From contig NC_045698.1 in the NCBI RefSeq assembly GCF_009834535.1, positions 5,644,001 to 5,708,000 on the forward strand: 64,000 nt of DNA, read 5' to 3'. This document shows, piece after piece, positions 38,395 through 50,848 of the stretch. Within the stretch, counting starts at the first letter, position 1. Every line of letters starts with the position of its first letter. The stretch comes from Camelus ferus. Lineage: Eukaryota. A program made the translations under genes and the position numbers. The notes under the pieces were generated by a model. The model did no database searches. It was not told the DNA's origin and worked only from the letters and a program-made list of their open reading frames with translations.

Positions 38395-39175
38395 ATTGGC
38401 TCATGAACAGTTTGATCTTTGGCAAATAATTTAATTTCTTGTTTGTTTTTTTTTTTCCCGGCTGTAAAATTGTTGCTGGTAGATGTAACTGGTGTCCAGG
38501 TTCTTGTCCCGAATCCAAGAAAGAATCCAGAGACAGGACCCGGAGGCTAAGAAAGTAAAGTGGGATTTATTAAGGGATGAACAGTACACTCTCAAGGTGA
38601 GAGCAGGCAGGTTCAGGTGAGTGGTTGCCCTGAGTTTCTTTGGCAAGTTGGTTGCATAGGGTGTGAAAATGAATGGGCGGAATATTCACTGGGGAGGGAA
38701 GGGTTTGGGCTCATATTCACTGATTTTCATCCCAGCTCCACCTTCCTGAGGGGAGGATGGATTTCTGTCCTTATTTAATCTTGATTGGAAGTGTTCTGGC
38801 GTTGGTGCATGATGGGTACTTCTAATCTGCAAGGCTAATTTATTGAAATGAGGGCATAATGAGCGAGAGGTTACCTTCGGGCACTGGAGGTTCCTGCCTT
38901 TTCCCACCTTTCTTTGTCTGCCTCCAGGCCTCTCATCACTCCAAAACGTGTGACCCCTTATCAGCCCAGAGGTTCCTGCTTTTCCTTCTCTGCCCAGGGA
39001 CCCCTGGTGCTTACGTGATGTGGGGTTCCCTGCATTTGGCCTGAGCCCCTCCTTTCTGCCCAATGCCTGCCGTTTGGCTTGCGTCTTGCTGTCTCTGCTC
39101 ATATTGAACTATCTGCCTGCTCTAACAAAGTGGGACAAAATCTTGCTCATTAAAGACTGTGGCAGTATCAACTCT
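38395..39175 (+). mobile_element. Degraded MIR core split by the 38471-39127 LTR
   Basis: gatctttggcaaataatttaattt...ttttcccggctgtaaaat|LTR|aagtgggacaaaatcttgctcattaaagactgtgg resembles the MIR core ...tttcctcatctgtaaaatggggataata...ctcatagg.tgttg. Confidence 0.5.
38471..39127 (-). mobile_element. ERV1 solo LTR (family shared with 24258-24860)
   Basis: tgtt...ctgcctgctctaaca; TSD aaat/aagt; antisense poly(A) signal tttatt. Confidence 0.88.
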
Positions 39176-39204
39176 CACTCATAGAAAAGATGGAAAAGGG
39201 CATC

Positions 39205-39250
<46 letters not shown>

Positions 39251-39345
39251 ATGCATGTACATACAGTATAAATATGAAGATTTTATGTTGCTATTTTTCT
39301 TTAAATATAAGCATTTTTGTCTCATAATTTCTTCTGATTACTAAA
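39146..39345 (+). repeat. Left arm of 200-bp inverted repeat (contains (TCTA)n)
   Basis: Base-by-base reverse complement of 40231-40430, 2 mismatches. Confidence 0.97.
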
Positions 39346-40230
39346 GGACACATAAAATACATGAAAGAAATATCTTGTGTTTATTTTTGAGACATACCCC
39401 TTCACTTCTTAAAATTTTGAATTTTTTGTGAAATTAAATGTAATATAAAACAGCAAAGGAGATTTCAAATAATAAAGATCAATACAAAAGAAAGAACAGG
39501 AGAGGAACAATACGAGACACCCAATACAGTGGATTATGTAGCTGACACTGAATTCGGGCTTTAGTGTCCTGGGAAATACGTTAGATCATATAATTTTCAC
39601 AGCTGGCAAATGCCCAGCCCTGCGCAGTCGGGACGCAGCGCCTGGACTGCCAAGGAGGAGAAGCAAGCCCCAGCGACCACTCAGCCCAGCCGACTCCTCG
39701 CCCCTGGACAAGCCAGCCCCGTGGCGGGAAGCGCACACCCAGGGGATGGGGCCAGAATCACTGAGCAGCTAAAAGTTATCTGTCCACCTCCATAATGGAT
39801 ATAGTCATTCCTTTTGTAGTTTCTGTAGCATTAATGAGATGCAGTAATCAGCTATTACTGTAAAGTGGCAGTAAAAATAAAATCTGAAGCATGAGTTGAC
39901 ATGGAAGGGAGAGCTTTTCCTGGAACGGAAATCCTAGAAGAGTCGTTATATGGGATCTCATAATCAATTAACTGCAGCACCCAGGTGCTCTCCAAGAAGC
40001 CCACAAGCCTCCTCAGGACCTAATGGATCCGGGGTGATTTGTGCATCCCAATGCTTCTCACACACTGACTTACACACCGGATAATGTGCGGCCATTGCGT
40101 GTTGGCTTATTCACTGAAGAAGCAAAGAAATGAGGACTTCTGTTTACAGAGGGACTGCTGGGAGTCAGTCACCCTTCTCAGCACCCAGTAGACTTTACCT
40201 TATGTAATTTAATCATGATTACAAACAAGA

Positions 40231-40329
40231 TTTAGTAATCAGAAGAAATTATGAGACAAAAATGCTTATATTTAAAGAAAAATAGCAACATAAAATCTTC
40301 ATATTTGTACTGTATGTACATGCATATAC

Positions 40330-40371
<42 letters not shown>

Positions 40372-40430
40372 GATGCCCTTTTCCATCTTTTCTATGAGTG
40401 AGAGTTGATACTGCCACAGTCTTTAATGAG
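40231..40430 (-). repeat. Right arm of 200-bp inverted repeat (contains (TAGA)n)
   Basis: Base-by-base reverse complement of 39146-39345, 2 mismatches. Confidence 0.97.
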
Positions 40431-42279
40431 AATTTAAATTTAAACTCATTTTAACTACTGAAATAGGGACTACTGGTTAATATCATGGCACTAGTAAAAA
40501 CCAGAGTTACCGTGGATTTATGCTATTTAATTATGACGCTTTCTTGTTTTATAATCCCTGAGTATAATAGAGCATGTGCATCAGTACACAGTGCCCAGGC
40601 CAGGCTGTGACTCTGGGGGCACTGGGAGTGCACAGCACAGAGCATCTGGGAGGTCATCTGCGCGGGTGCAGTGGGAGGGCCACCACCAGGCTCGGTGCTG
40701 GCACACCCGGGAGGGACTCAGCCATGTCAAGGCCAAGGACAGACGCTCCCTGCAGATGGACCAGCTGGCTAGGGGGCTGACAGACCTCAGAGTCTGCAAA
40801 TGTCAATCCCTAACTGAGTTAAATAAATCTTAGATGTGACTGAAGATTTACCCCCACATAAGAGTGTTTAAGCCAGAATGCTTGGATCAGTGTTAGTTTA
40901 TTACTCAATAAAATTTTGTTTTCCCATTGTGGGGTGGAGCTAGGACTTTGTCAAAGAAAAATGTGTTCTGTTATAACATTAAAGTGAACTTCATCATTGA
41001 CCTGGTCGACATACATGCCTGAGGTCTAGTAAATCATGCCTGGGACACAGGTCACACAGTAAGAAGGCATGCATTTGAACACATCTTTTGCTCTTCTTCT
41101 TTTGTTTTTCACCTTTCATCCAGAGGTTATGTGTCTTTCCATATGGGGAGATACCAGTCTTTGCAAAATCCTCATTCCCATTTCCCATGGCCCCATACCC
41201 TCATATTATGCAGGGTGTCACAGATGACCCTGTGGCCACACACCACTGAAATTTCCTAGTGAGGGGTTCTTATCAGCTCCTCAGGAATGAAATTTAAAGC
41301 AGATTGTATAATTTACTTCACCTCTAATGCCCTTTCTTATCCTTTGCTTTCATGTTGATTAATTGTCCTTCAACATTTTAGGGTCTTTGTGTTCTTTATG
41401 TTTTAGGAAATTTGGGTGATTGCAAATAGATTTTCTAGGTGTAGGACAGGCTGTCAACATCTCAGCATATGCAATGAAGTAACAAAACACAAATACCATT
41501 TTTGAGATAACCTAGAGCTTCCTCAGTTCCATCAGTTTCCATTCAAGCCAGTCCATGCCTGACTATGAAGGCAAGAATAGAATCTCTGATTTCAATAAAC
41601 ATAACTTTTATATTAAGGCTCTTAAAAGCTTACCAGTAACAACTTCATTTCTAGTGGAATTAACTGTGGTCTTTATTTTTGGGATTTCTCTGCATTCTCT
41701 TAGTTTTGGGAAAAGTAAAGCCAGTGGTGCTCATTTTACATAAGGACATAGTGAGGTCGTGTCCATCTTTGATGTTGATATTTTTTTTTCATCTGTACAA
41801 GAGATAAAGGAACACTCCAATCTCAGATTCCATGGTTTGGAGACGTCTAAAGCCTTCACACTTTCCTGGCTCCCAGGCACTTCCTTTCCTACAGCCCCAT
41901 GGTTTGGGGTTTGGCTCTTACTAAACCTTTGTGATCTCTAGGCTGCCCCATGGTGACTGAGACACAAGCCTCAACACTTCTCCAAATGGGGCACCAAGAG
42001 CCCCTCAGCCAGGGGGACTCAGCGGTGACTCTGTGGGGAATCTGGAGGAGAGCTTTTACAACAAACTCCACAGAAAATGGTCAGCAGTCCCACTACCTGG
42101 ACATTTCTGTGCTGTCCGGTCTCTTATGACCTCCAGCCAAGAGGCGCGGCTCCTCATGCCTCCTCTCCCACGACAGCTGCTAAATGAATTCAGGAATGGA
42201 TCAATCTATTGTGGGAATGCATGAGGAGGCATGCGTGTTGAAATGGTATCCTAACCTGTATACATTTAAAAACATGAGA

Positions 42280-43158
42280 TAGGCACATAAAAAGGTGCTC
42301 AACATCGCTCCTCATTAGAGAAATGCAAATCAAAATTGCAATGAGGTATCACCTCACACTGGTCAGAATGGCCATCATCAAAAAGTCTATAAATAATAAA
42401 TGCTACAGAGGGTGTGGAGAAAAGGGAACCCTCCTACACTGTTGGTAGGAATGTAAACTGGTGCATCCACTATGGAAAACAGTTCGGAATTTCCTTAAAA
42501 CAACTAAAAATAGAGTTAGTATAAGATCCAGCAATCCTGGGCATAAATCTGCAAAAGATAAAAACTTTAATTTGAAAAGATACCTGCACCCCAATGTTCA
42601 TAGCAGCACTATTTACAATAGCCAAGGCATGGGAACAACCTAAATGTCCATTGACAGATGACTGGATAAAGAACTTGTGGTATATATACACAATGGAATA
42701 TTCCTCAGCCGTAAAAAAAAGAAATATTGCCATTTGTAGCAACATGGATGGACCTAGAGATGATCATACTAAGTGAAGTAAGTCAGACAGAAACAGACAA
42801 ACATTGTATATCATTTATATGTGGAATCTAGAAAATAATGCAAATGAACTCATTTACAAAACAGAAACAGACTCACACACACAGAAAACACACTTATGGT
42901 TACCAAAGGGGAAAGGAGGGGATAAATTAGGAGTATGGGATTAAAAGATTCACACTGCTGTATTTAAAGCAGATAAATAACAAGGACCTACTGTATAGCA
43001 CACGTAACTATATTCAATATTTTGTAATAATTTATAATGGAAAAGAATCTGAAAAAGAATATATATAAACATGCATAACTGAATCACTTTGCTCTACACC
43101 TGAAACAATATTGTAAATCAGCTATACTTTAATTAAAAAAATAAAAATTAAAAATAAA
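42280..43158 (+). mobile_element. L1 3' portion (ORF2 C-terminus, 3'UTR, A tail)
   Basis: [26 protein letters not shown] remnant, tatagcacacgtaactatattcaata, A-rich tail. Confidence 0.93.
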
Positions 43159-43959
43159 ATGAGGTGGTGTTAGCTCTACTTGGGGAAAAGTGGAAAAAAC
43201 AGACTTTTTGGAAAGATTCGTTCAACTAACTGTTATTTGCTGGGATTGTGTTATTTAATGCTGATTTCACTGTTTAACCTCCAAATGCTTATGCTGATAC
43301 AGAGTCAAAATGTCTTTTATTCAGTCCCTTATCATGCCTTCCAAGTTCACTTAGGCACTTTAATACAGCAAACAAAATGTCATGCATTTGAGAAATCTGT
43401 CACTGAATCAGCCTGTCCAACTGTGGCTTTATTGCTTTTTGTACCGCTCTGGAGGAGTTTAAAGAAAGACATGGAAAGACAAAAGAAAGAGCTTGTGTAT
43501 ATAGTTGTCTCAATAAAATAGCATTTTTCTAACCATAGGCCTTTTTGGGAATATAAAATCATATAAAATGTTTGCTTTCCTAAAATGTGTATAATCTACC
43601 TTCGGTACTATATGCTGTATATATTTTTTGGATTTTAGTTGTTCTTTTAGATATATTTTCTCTCCTAGCAAATAGAATAAAATGGAAAATTCTGTGTGAT
43701 TCCAGGACACGAGCAACATATTACATAAACCCAGTTTCACGATTTACAAAACTGCATTGGCTTATGTACGTTTTTCATGTTAGGAATCTGAGGGAAAGCA
43801 GAAGTTTGAACATGAATTAACAGAAAGAAAAGCACACATCTGCACTTGATTTCCTTTTGGTTTGTTTGTTTTCTCTAACCTGCTTCCTCATATCCCTGTC
43901 TAAGAAACTGTAAAGTTCGCACGAAACAAAATTCTCTGCAGGAATAGGGGGATACGAAT

Positions 43960-44720
43960 GGGTATAAAAGTCATATAGTTAATATATTGTGAAAGGCTTT
44001 TTTAACGTGAGTACGGTCTAGGGAGTGACACGCCGATTTCCCTAGAGACCTGTAGAAGCCAAGCAGGGAGAGGATGCACCTGTCCAGCCTGGGGAGGGGT
44101 GGGCGTGAGCAGGTGCGCACCGGGAGGTCTGTGCCGACTGCTGCCCGGGGGAGGGGTGTCAGCTGGGAATGAAGATGCACCTCCTTTTCGAAGCTGTTGG
44201 AAATTATGGCGTATTTGGAGTGGGGAAGTGCTGTCATCAAAGGGAGACCCCAGGAAAGCTGGGCAGTGAGTGGTCGGTGTCAAGGCAGGAGAGAAAGGGG
44301 AGCAGAGGGAAGGTGCGGGCAGGGGAGGTGTTGCAATAGTCCAAGTAACAGTCTCCAAACTGGGGTGCGTGCGCCACTTCATCAAGACGGGGTATCTGTA
44401 CGTTTATTTTCAAATCATCCTTTAAATGTCATCTTTTGTACTTGTTTCTTAATGTACGTAGTATGGTAGCATCTGTGTATCATTTATGGGTAAGTCAATA
44501 TGGGTGCATTGTGAGGGTTCCCAGTCACTGTTTCCTGGTGGGGATTATGATCCAAAGGTGCAGGTTAGGTTAGTGGCAGGGACAGTGGAGACGAAAGGAC
44601 AGATGCAAGAAACGTTCTGTAGGTGGAGTGAGCACCTGGTCTAACGATCATTTCGACAGCTGTGGTGTGGAATGAGATGAGCGCGATGAAGTCTTCTTAA
44701 CGTGTGGGCAGTCAGGACTT
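43960..44720 (-). mobile_element. Degraded L2 with probable internal insertion
   Basis: aaggctttttt..cgtgagt, ggaggtgttgcaatagtccaag, agtggcagggacagtggagacgaaaggacagatgcaagaaacgtt antisense L2 motifs. Confidence 0.55.
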
Positions 44721-46491
44721 CTCGATTGAGAAATCAGATCATTCTTCTAGTTCCTTCTTTTACAAATCGTCACAGAGAGGCCAGTGGATGAGTTTACAAA
44801 TGCACCCACCTTTATTTGCACAAGACAGTCAAGGACACAATAATTAGCTTCATCTAACATCTGAAGCTGAACTAAAGTTTTATTTTTGTTTTTTTGTTTT
44901 CTGTTTTTGTTTTCTTTCTTTTTTTTTTTCACATCCCAAACTAAGATGTATTAAACTTGAGGAAAATTAAATTAGTCTGAACTTGGTCTTACAGGAAAGC
45001 AAATACCAGCCAAGTCTTCACTTTAAAAAAGTTTTTGACTTTTGCTTTTTCACACAGTGAACTTCTCTGACATTAAAATATGCTTCAATTCAAAATATTG
45101 TAATTTGCATAAAATTCTTCAGACGCAAACTCTGAGAGATCCTTCACTATTGAGTCTCAAGGTATGAATAAATTTAAGATTCCACTTTAACTACCAGAGG
45201 ATACTAAAAATTATGCTCACTGCAGAGATCAGTCGAAGCCACATTTTTCTCTTCTAAGGTAGGACTTATATATTACAAAAGATGGCTTAAAAAAGAAAAG
45301 CTAACATAGATAGAATTTTAAACTGTCTGTTGAAAACACCAAGTGAGCACCAACAGTTTCAGAAAATAAAGTGCGTGAATTCTAGAAACAACATAAAATG
45401 TTTCTGGCAATAGGGGGAAAGCCTATGTGTACACAAAGCCTGCTACACTGCTTTTCTTTCTTCCACTGACTATCAGAACAAGACTTAGGAAATCTGCTTT
45501 GCTTTTTAGTTCCTCCATGTCTGAGTACCGTTCCATCTGAAATATGGAATGTTACAACAAAGTTAACATATGGCCTTAAATATTTGCTTAGCAATGACCT
45601 CGTACTTCTCAACCCATGCAATTAAGAGCTTTCTTCATCAGTACCTGAGAATGCTAAAAGTTGGATTCAGTTGCATGGTTTTAGCACCGGCAACAGCTCA
45701 GATGTTGGAAGCCCACATATGACCTCTTTGTATGGAGTCATCAGTTCCCTACGCCTAACACCAAGCGTCCATCCGTAAATTGCTTCATAGGCGTGCCCCT
45801 CCAGAGCTAGTCTGAGGATTTTCCCACTAGGTCTTAAAAGACACTTGCTCAAAAGCCCCTGGAGTCCACTGCCTCTGTTTTTCTCATCACAATTTCAAAG
45901 AAGATGCAGTGTCATTGTAAGGCAGGATGACCTTTCCCCAGGCTGTGAGACATCCATTCCAAAGGCCCTAATGAAGCGTCATTGCAAAGGGATATTGTGT
46001 CTCAAAGCAGGAAAGGAGAAAATGTCTCTTACTGCTTGTTCTCAGGGTAAGAAAGTCTGGGGGGCTGAGAAACGTCCTCTGTCTCACTGCCCCGGGGCAC
46101 CCCCTGTGTGTCAGGGCACGTCCACATGCGAGCTCAATAAGCAGACTCCAACAGGGCGAAAGCTGCCGGTATATTAAGGTTCTCCTTCTCTGTTTTCATG
46201 CTTCCCTTTCCAATGAGACTTAAAAGTAGACTACCCCAGCTCTGAGCCCAGCTCGCAGACATCAGGTAAAAAACAATATTAATACTGTTGTTATAGGCAT
46301 AATTCTTGGACAAAATTAAGAATAAAAGCACTTAAAGGCAGAGGATTTAGAACAAAATAGGTAAAACTATATATATCTATAGGTAATATGATTTTATATT
46401 TTAAAAATTCACAAGAACCAATGGAAAGTTACTACAAATAACAAGAGAATTTAGTAAAACAGCAGGTTATATAATCAATAATCAATAGCTA

Positions 46492-47113
46492 TGTCATTGC
46501 AGAATATAGGTTCTTGTCTTGTGCAGCTAAGAATTTAAGAGTGAGCCATAGTAGACTGAAAGTAGATTTATTCAGGGAGATACACACTCCACGGACAGAG
46601 TGCAGTCCAACTCAGATGGCAAGGGAGGCGGCAAGGTGTGGGGGTGGTTAGATTTTATGGGCTGGGTCATTTCATATGCTAACAAGTGGGAGGATTATTC
46701 CAACTATTTGGGGGAAGGGGCGGGGATTTCCAGAAATTGGGCACCTGCCCAGTTTTTGGCTTTTTATGGTCAGCCCAAGAACTGTCACGGCACCTGTGGG
46801 TGTGTCATTTAGCACACTCTAGTATTACAGTGAGCGTATAATGAGGCTCAAGGTCTACAGGAAGTCAAATCTTCCACCATCTTGGGCTGAGTTGGTTCTA
46901 ACCAGTTTATGTTGTATCCTCAATTGCTCTGTCATTCTTTTTTTTTTTTTTTAATTTGTTTTTTGGGGGAGGTTTTTATTTATTTGTTTTTTTACTGGGG
47001 ATTGAACTCAGGACCTTGTGCATGCTAGACACTCATGTACCACTCAGCTATACCCTCCTCCTGCTCTGTCATTCTTTTAATGGTTGTGCCTTGCCCCCTT
47101 CCCTCCTGTCTCA
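46492..47113 (-). mobile_element. ERV1 solo LTR, MER41-like lineage family
   Basis: TG...CA; exact TSD gcta (46488-46491, 47114-47117); homologous to 4814-5452; antisense cacacccacaggtgccgtgacagtt and gaataatcctcccacttgttagcata resemble MER41. Confidence 0.88.
46941..47061 (-). mobile_element. tRNA-derived SINE, camelid Vic-1-like
   Basis: Reverse strand ggaggagggtatagctgagtgg (A box)...agcatgcacaaggtcctgagttcaatcccc (B box)...A tail; TSD tgctctgtcattcttt (46925-46940, 47062-47077). Confidence 0.85.
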
Positions 47114-47899
47114 GCTATACATATGCATATGTATGAAGCAAACAGAAAATATAATAGACCCATTTATAATATCACAAATTAATATAATACATAAGAAGGC
47201 AAAATTGCTAGGCATAAAATTAAACTCAAAGATCTGTTGAAGGACATGAGGTAGATCTAAACACAAGTGAAGACATTCCAGGCCTATTTTCCCTCTGGGC
47301 AGCCTTTGAGAATATGCTGCATTTCTCATTCACCTCTGGCCCACCAGTCTTGGCAAAGCTCCCTTGAGAACATAGTAAGGGCTCTGTAAATCTTGTTGAA
47401 CAAATGGAAAACTGGACGTTCATGTATAAATACTTCAGCACTGAATTATTTGGAAAATGTCAGATGATTAAAGTTTAATACACCATAAAAAAGCCTGGCC
47501 TGTGTCACTGTGTTTTCCTTGAGACAGAATTGTCCTTTCACATCTGTACATATATATCCTGCTTGACAAACAAGATGGTGGAGTTTTGTAAATCGTATAT
47601 ATTTTGTATAATTACATCTTAATTGCATGTGTTGCACAACAACTTCTCCCCTTATATAATGGATTTATTTTAAATTTCTTTTAAATAGTAATTAACTCTA
47701 GGAAGTTAAAATATTTCTCAGTTGAATGATAAAATTAAACCTGGTTTACACTCAGCTTTCTGGTTCTATGATAAAATGATATGTACTCACTGAGATATAT
47801 GGAATGCTAAGTACTGCGATCAAATTTTTTAGGTTGCCCGGATCAAAATTTTATAGGAGAGTTACGGTCTGGCTGTGATTCATTGTCCTTAAGTGTCAA

Positions 47900-48190
47900 G
47901 CCTCTTTAGTGGTTTTTTTAAAAGGTAGTTAAGGTTAAATGAGGTCATAAGGTTGGGACCCTAATTTGACAGGACTGATATTTTTAAAAGAAGAGACACC
48001 AGAGGTCTCTGTCTCTCCATGCATCAACTGAGAAAAGGTTTCTGAGAACACAGCGAGGAGGCAGTTTTCTGCAAACCGAGAAGAGGGCTTTTATCAGAAA
48101 CCAATCCTGTTGACACCTTTATTCTGGATCTCTGTTTAAGCCACCTAGCCTGTGGCATTTTGTTATGCCAGGCCACAAAGAATGAGACAG
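47900..48190 (+). mobile_element. MaLR MLT1A-like LTR fragment
   Basis: ttaaggttaaatgaggtcataaggttgggaccctaatttgacaggactg...aagccacctagcctgtggcattttgttatg. Confidence 0.8.
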
Positions 48191-50534
48191 CTTTCGTCTT
48201 CCATATTACCAGAAGATTCTTCTTATGAAAAACCAATTTTGACTTCTTTCACCCATTTCACAAATATTTGTTGTTCAAAGTCTTGGTTTCACATACCAGA
48301 GATACAGAGCAGAATGGGGTCTCTGACCTTAAAGAGTGTACAATGTAGGCAACACAACAACACAGGGCTCTCAAGCTTCCAGCCCCTCTCTTGTCCTAAC
48401 TGCCAATTAATAACAAAGATATTTCCCAACAAATTTCCAAAGCTGGACTGAACATCAGAATCCCACTGAACACAGAATAACCACCAAATCATCAGATTAC
48501 GGATGCTCCAGGAGAAACACATTGGTTAGCCTGGGTCCAGAGCTCATATATAAGCAGAGAGGCCTGGATAGTGAGGTGGTTTGCTAGCATGATCCACACA
48601 TCTACACCTAAAGAAAAACATGGCAAAAATCATGAAAGAAAGTCTATATGTGCCCTCATGTGCACAGAGTAATGAAGAAGCTTGGTAGGTCTTAAGAATA
48701 GTATTCTGAGTCTCTGTAGATTTATGATCACCAAATCAATTCTAAACCCTCAACAGCAGTCAGATTTTACTGTTTCCAAACTGTGGGACTCCTTCAGATG
48801 CTTACTTTACGGACTCATTGATTTCACAGTGACTCAATATTTACCGCATTTACCTACATTTAGCTCAATGGGAAAATCCATGTGCGGCCAGATAACATGC
48901 ATCCAGTTTAGTTTTTACCACTCACTCACCCAATCTACTCTTTTCCCAAAAAAGTTGCTGAAAATCTAAGAGAACATAAAACGTTCAGTCATGTGCTTAT
49001 TTAACCAAATTCAGAACGTTTGTATTTCTTTCGCTAATCGCTCTGCTTCTAGATGCCTAAGGACGGCCTCTTGAGCCTCCTGCTCTTTCTCAAAAGTGGT
49101 AATTCTTGCTTTTTTCAATGAAAAAAATATATATTTTACCGTATGAAACATGGTTGGGATCAATTAAACACAAATAAAAAAGTCAAGACTACATCTTATT
49201 TTTTATTGCTATCAATTGTAATATATTGTACATCTACCTGAACCCCAAAATGGGTCTAAATTATTATAGATTTCTGGGATCTTGCTTTAAACAATAAAAG
49301 ACAATATAAAATATTACCCTAAACTGCTTTATCTGGATAACTATGAGTTATTTTTCTTTTTTATTTACCTGGCTATTGCAAATAACTCTGCAGGATTGGC
49401 CAGAATTCTTCCATATCAAAAATAAATGAAAACAAAATCTCAAGTACATCACTCTACTTCTTTCACAGCTTATCTTTTTAGGTTTTCAGTATATGCTGAC
49501 AATTACAAACTTATGTTTACTTTTTTATTATTAATGAAGACAACAGAATGACAAGATTCTGTATCTGCTACGTAAAGGGTCAGTAAAAAACAAACAGTAA
49601 GCAAAATGAAACAAACCTTTTAGCTCTGCTAATACCAGACAGCGTGTAATTTAAGACCTAAAAGAAAAAGCATAATATTTTATACTAATTAAAATAATAA
49701 TATTCCAAGAAGTTATATTAGTCATTACCTTTATTCAGTTAATAATACAGGATTAAAGTATTAAAGAAAAAAAATTGAGAGAAATACAAGGAAAATTTGA
49801 CAAAAGCATAGTATATCTATCTTGGAAACCCAGAGAATAAATTAAGTAAGCATATGCGCGTATGTGAGGGTTTATAAAACACTTTTATATGGATAAGCAA
49901 ATATCACATGTATTATTTTATATTTAGTAACTTGAGAACAAAGTCTACTCACTTACACACGGATTGTTGAAAAAAATGATCATTTAACTTTCTTGAAATC
50001 CAAAAAGGTAGAAAACTCCACAGGCTGCCATCACTAGGTCATAGTAGTAAAGCTTAAACATGGTAAAAAGATAGGAAAATAATATTCTGAAATTTATGAA
50101 CACTCGTTTCTAAACAGCTCTTTCTTAAGAGAGACTTTCAAATGAGAAATTATAAAATTACTTATAAACAAAAATTAGAATACTACTTTTCAAAATCTGC
50201 AGAATGTTGTCAAGCAGAACACAGGGAACATTTATAATTACAAACACACAATGCAAAACAGAAAAAAATGAAGAGAAACTAGGGCAGCAAGATAAAAAGC
50301 TAGAACATAGCACTAAGTAAAGCAAAAGACACTAAGCATTTTTTTGGTAGAAATTGATTTTAATTGTAAGTGGAAATTCAATGGGCCTAGGGGAACTAAG
50401 GTGTTTTTGAACAAATAAAAATAAAATTGCAGTATTTAAACAAGTATCAAGACTTAATAAAAGGCAACAAGACAATATGGCATCAGTGTGGAAATGGACA
50501 ACCAGGCCAATAGAAGGGATAGAAATCAAGATCT

Positions 50535-50848
50535 CACACACATACACCTGCACACACACACACACACCTGCAAACACACACACATACACACCTGCACACA
50601 CACATACATCTGCATACACACACACATACTGCACACACACACCCCTGCACACACACATACACCTGCATACACACTCATATACCTGCACACACACACATCT
50701 GCACACATGTACACCTGCATACACACACACACCTGCACACACACATACACTGACACCCGCACACACACACATACATACATACACATGTACCACACACATA
50801 CACACATACATTCATACATACAGACACATACATACATACATACACACA
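50535..50848. repeat. CA-rich compound micro/minisatellite with periodic CTG interruptions
   Basis: Repeated (ca)n-cctg-ca units; explains the H/T- and V/C-rich ORFs here. Confidence 0.92.

Larger units (their letters stand above)
46250..47290 (+). mobile_element. Old L1M ORF2 RT-region fragment, interrupted by an LTR
   Basis: atatgattttatatttt...ctacaaataacaagagaatttagtaaaacagcaggttatataatcaata|LTR|...ccatttataatatcacaa. Confidence 0.7.

Noticed and set aside
39159..40417. Duplicated 61-aa gene pair (39159-39344 + / 40232-40417 -)
   Set aside because: GTG-start chance ORF through a (TCTA)n tract; it appears twice only because of the inverted repeat
39146..40430. Inverted repeat as TIRs of a DNA transposon/MITE
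   Set aside because: No flanking TSD, no known terminal motif, no transposase, and one arm end appears to overlap an older MIR
4814..47113. Same-orientation related LTRs as the two ends of one provirus
   Set aside because: Each has its own different TSD (tcac vs gcta), they are diverged and 41 kb apart, and there is no gag/pol between them
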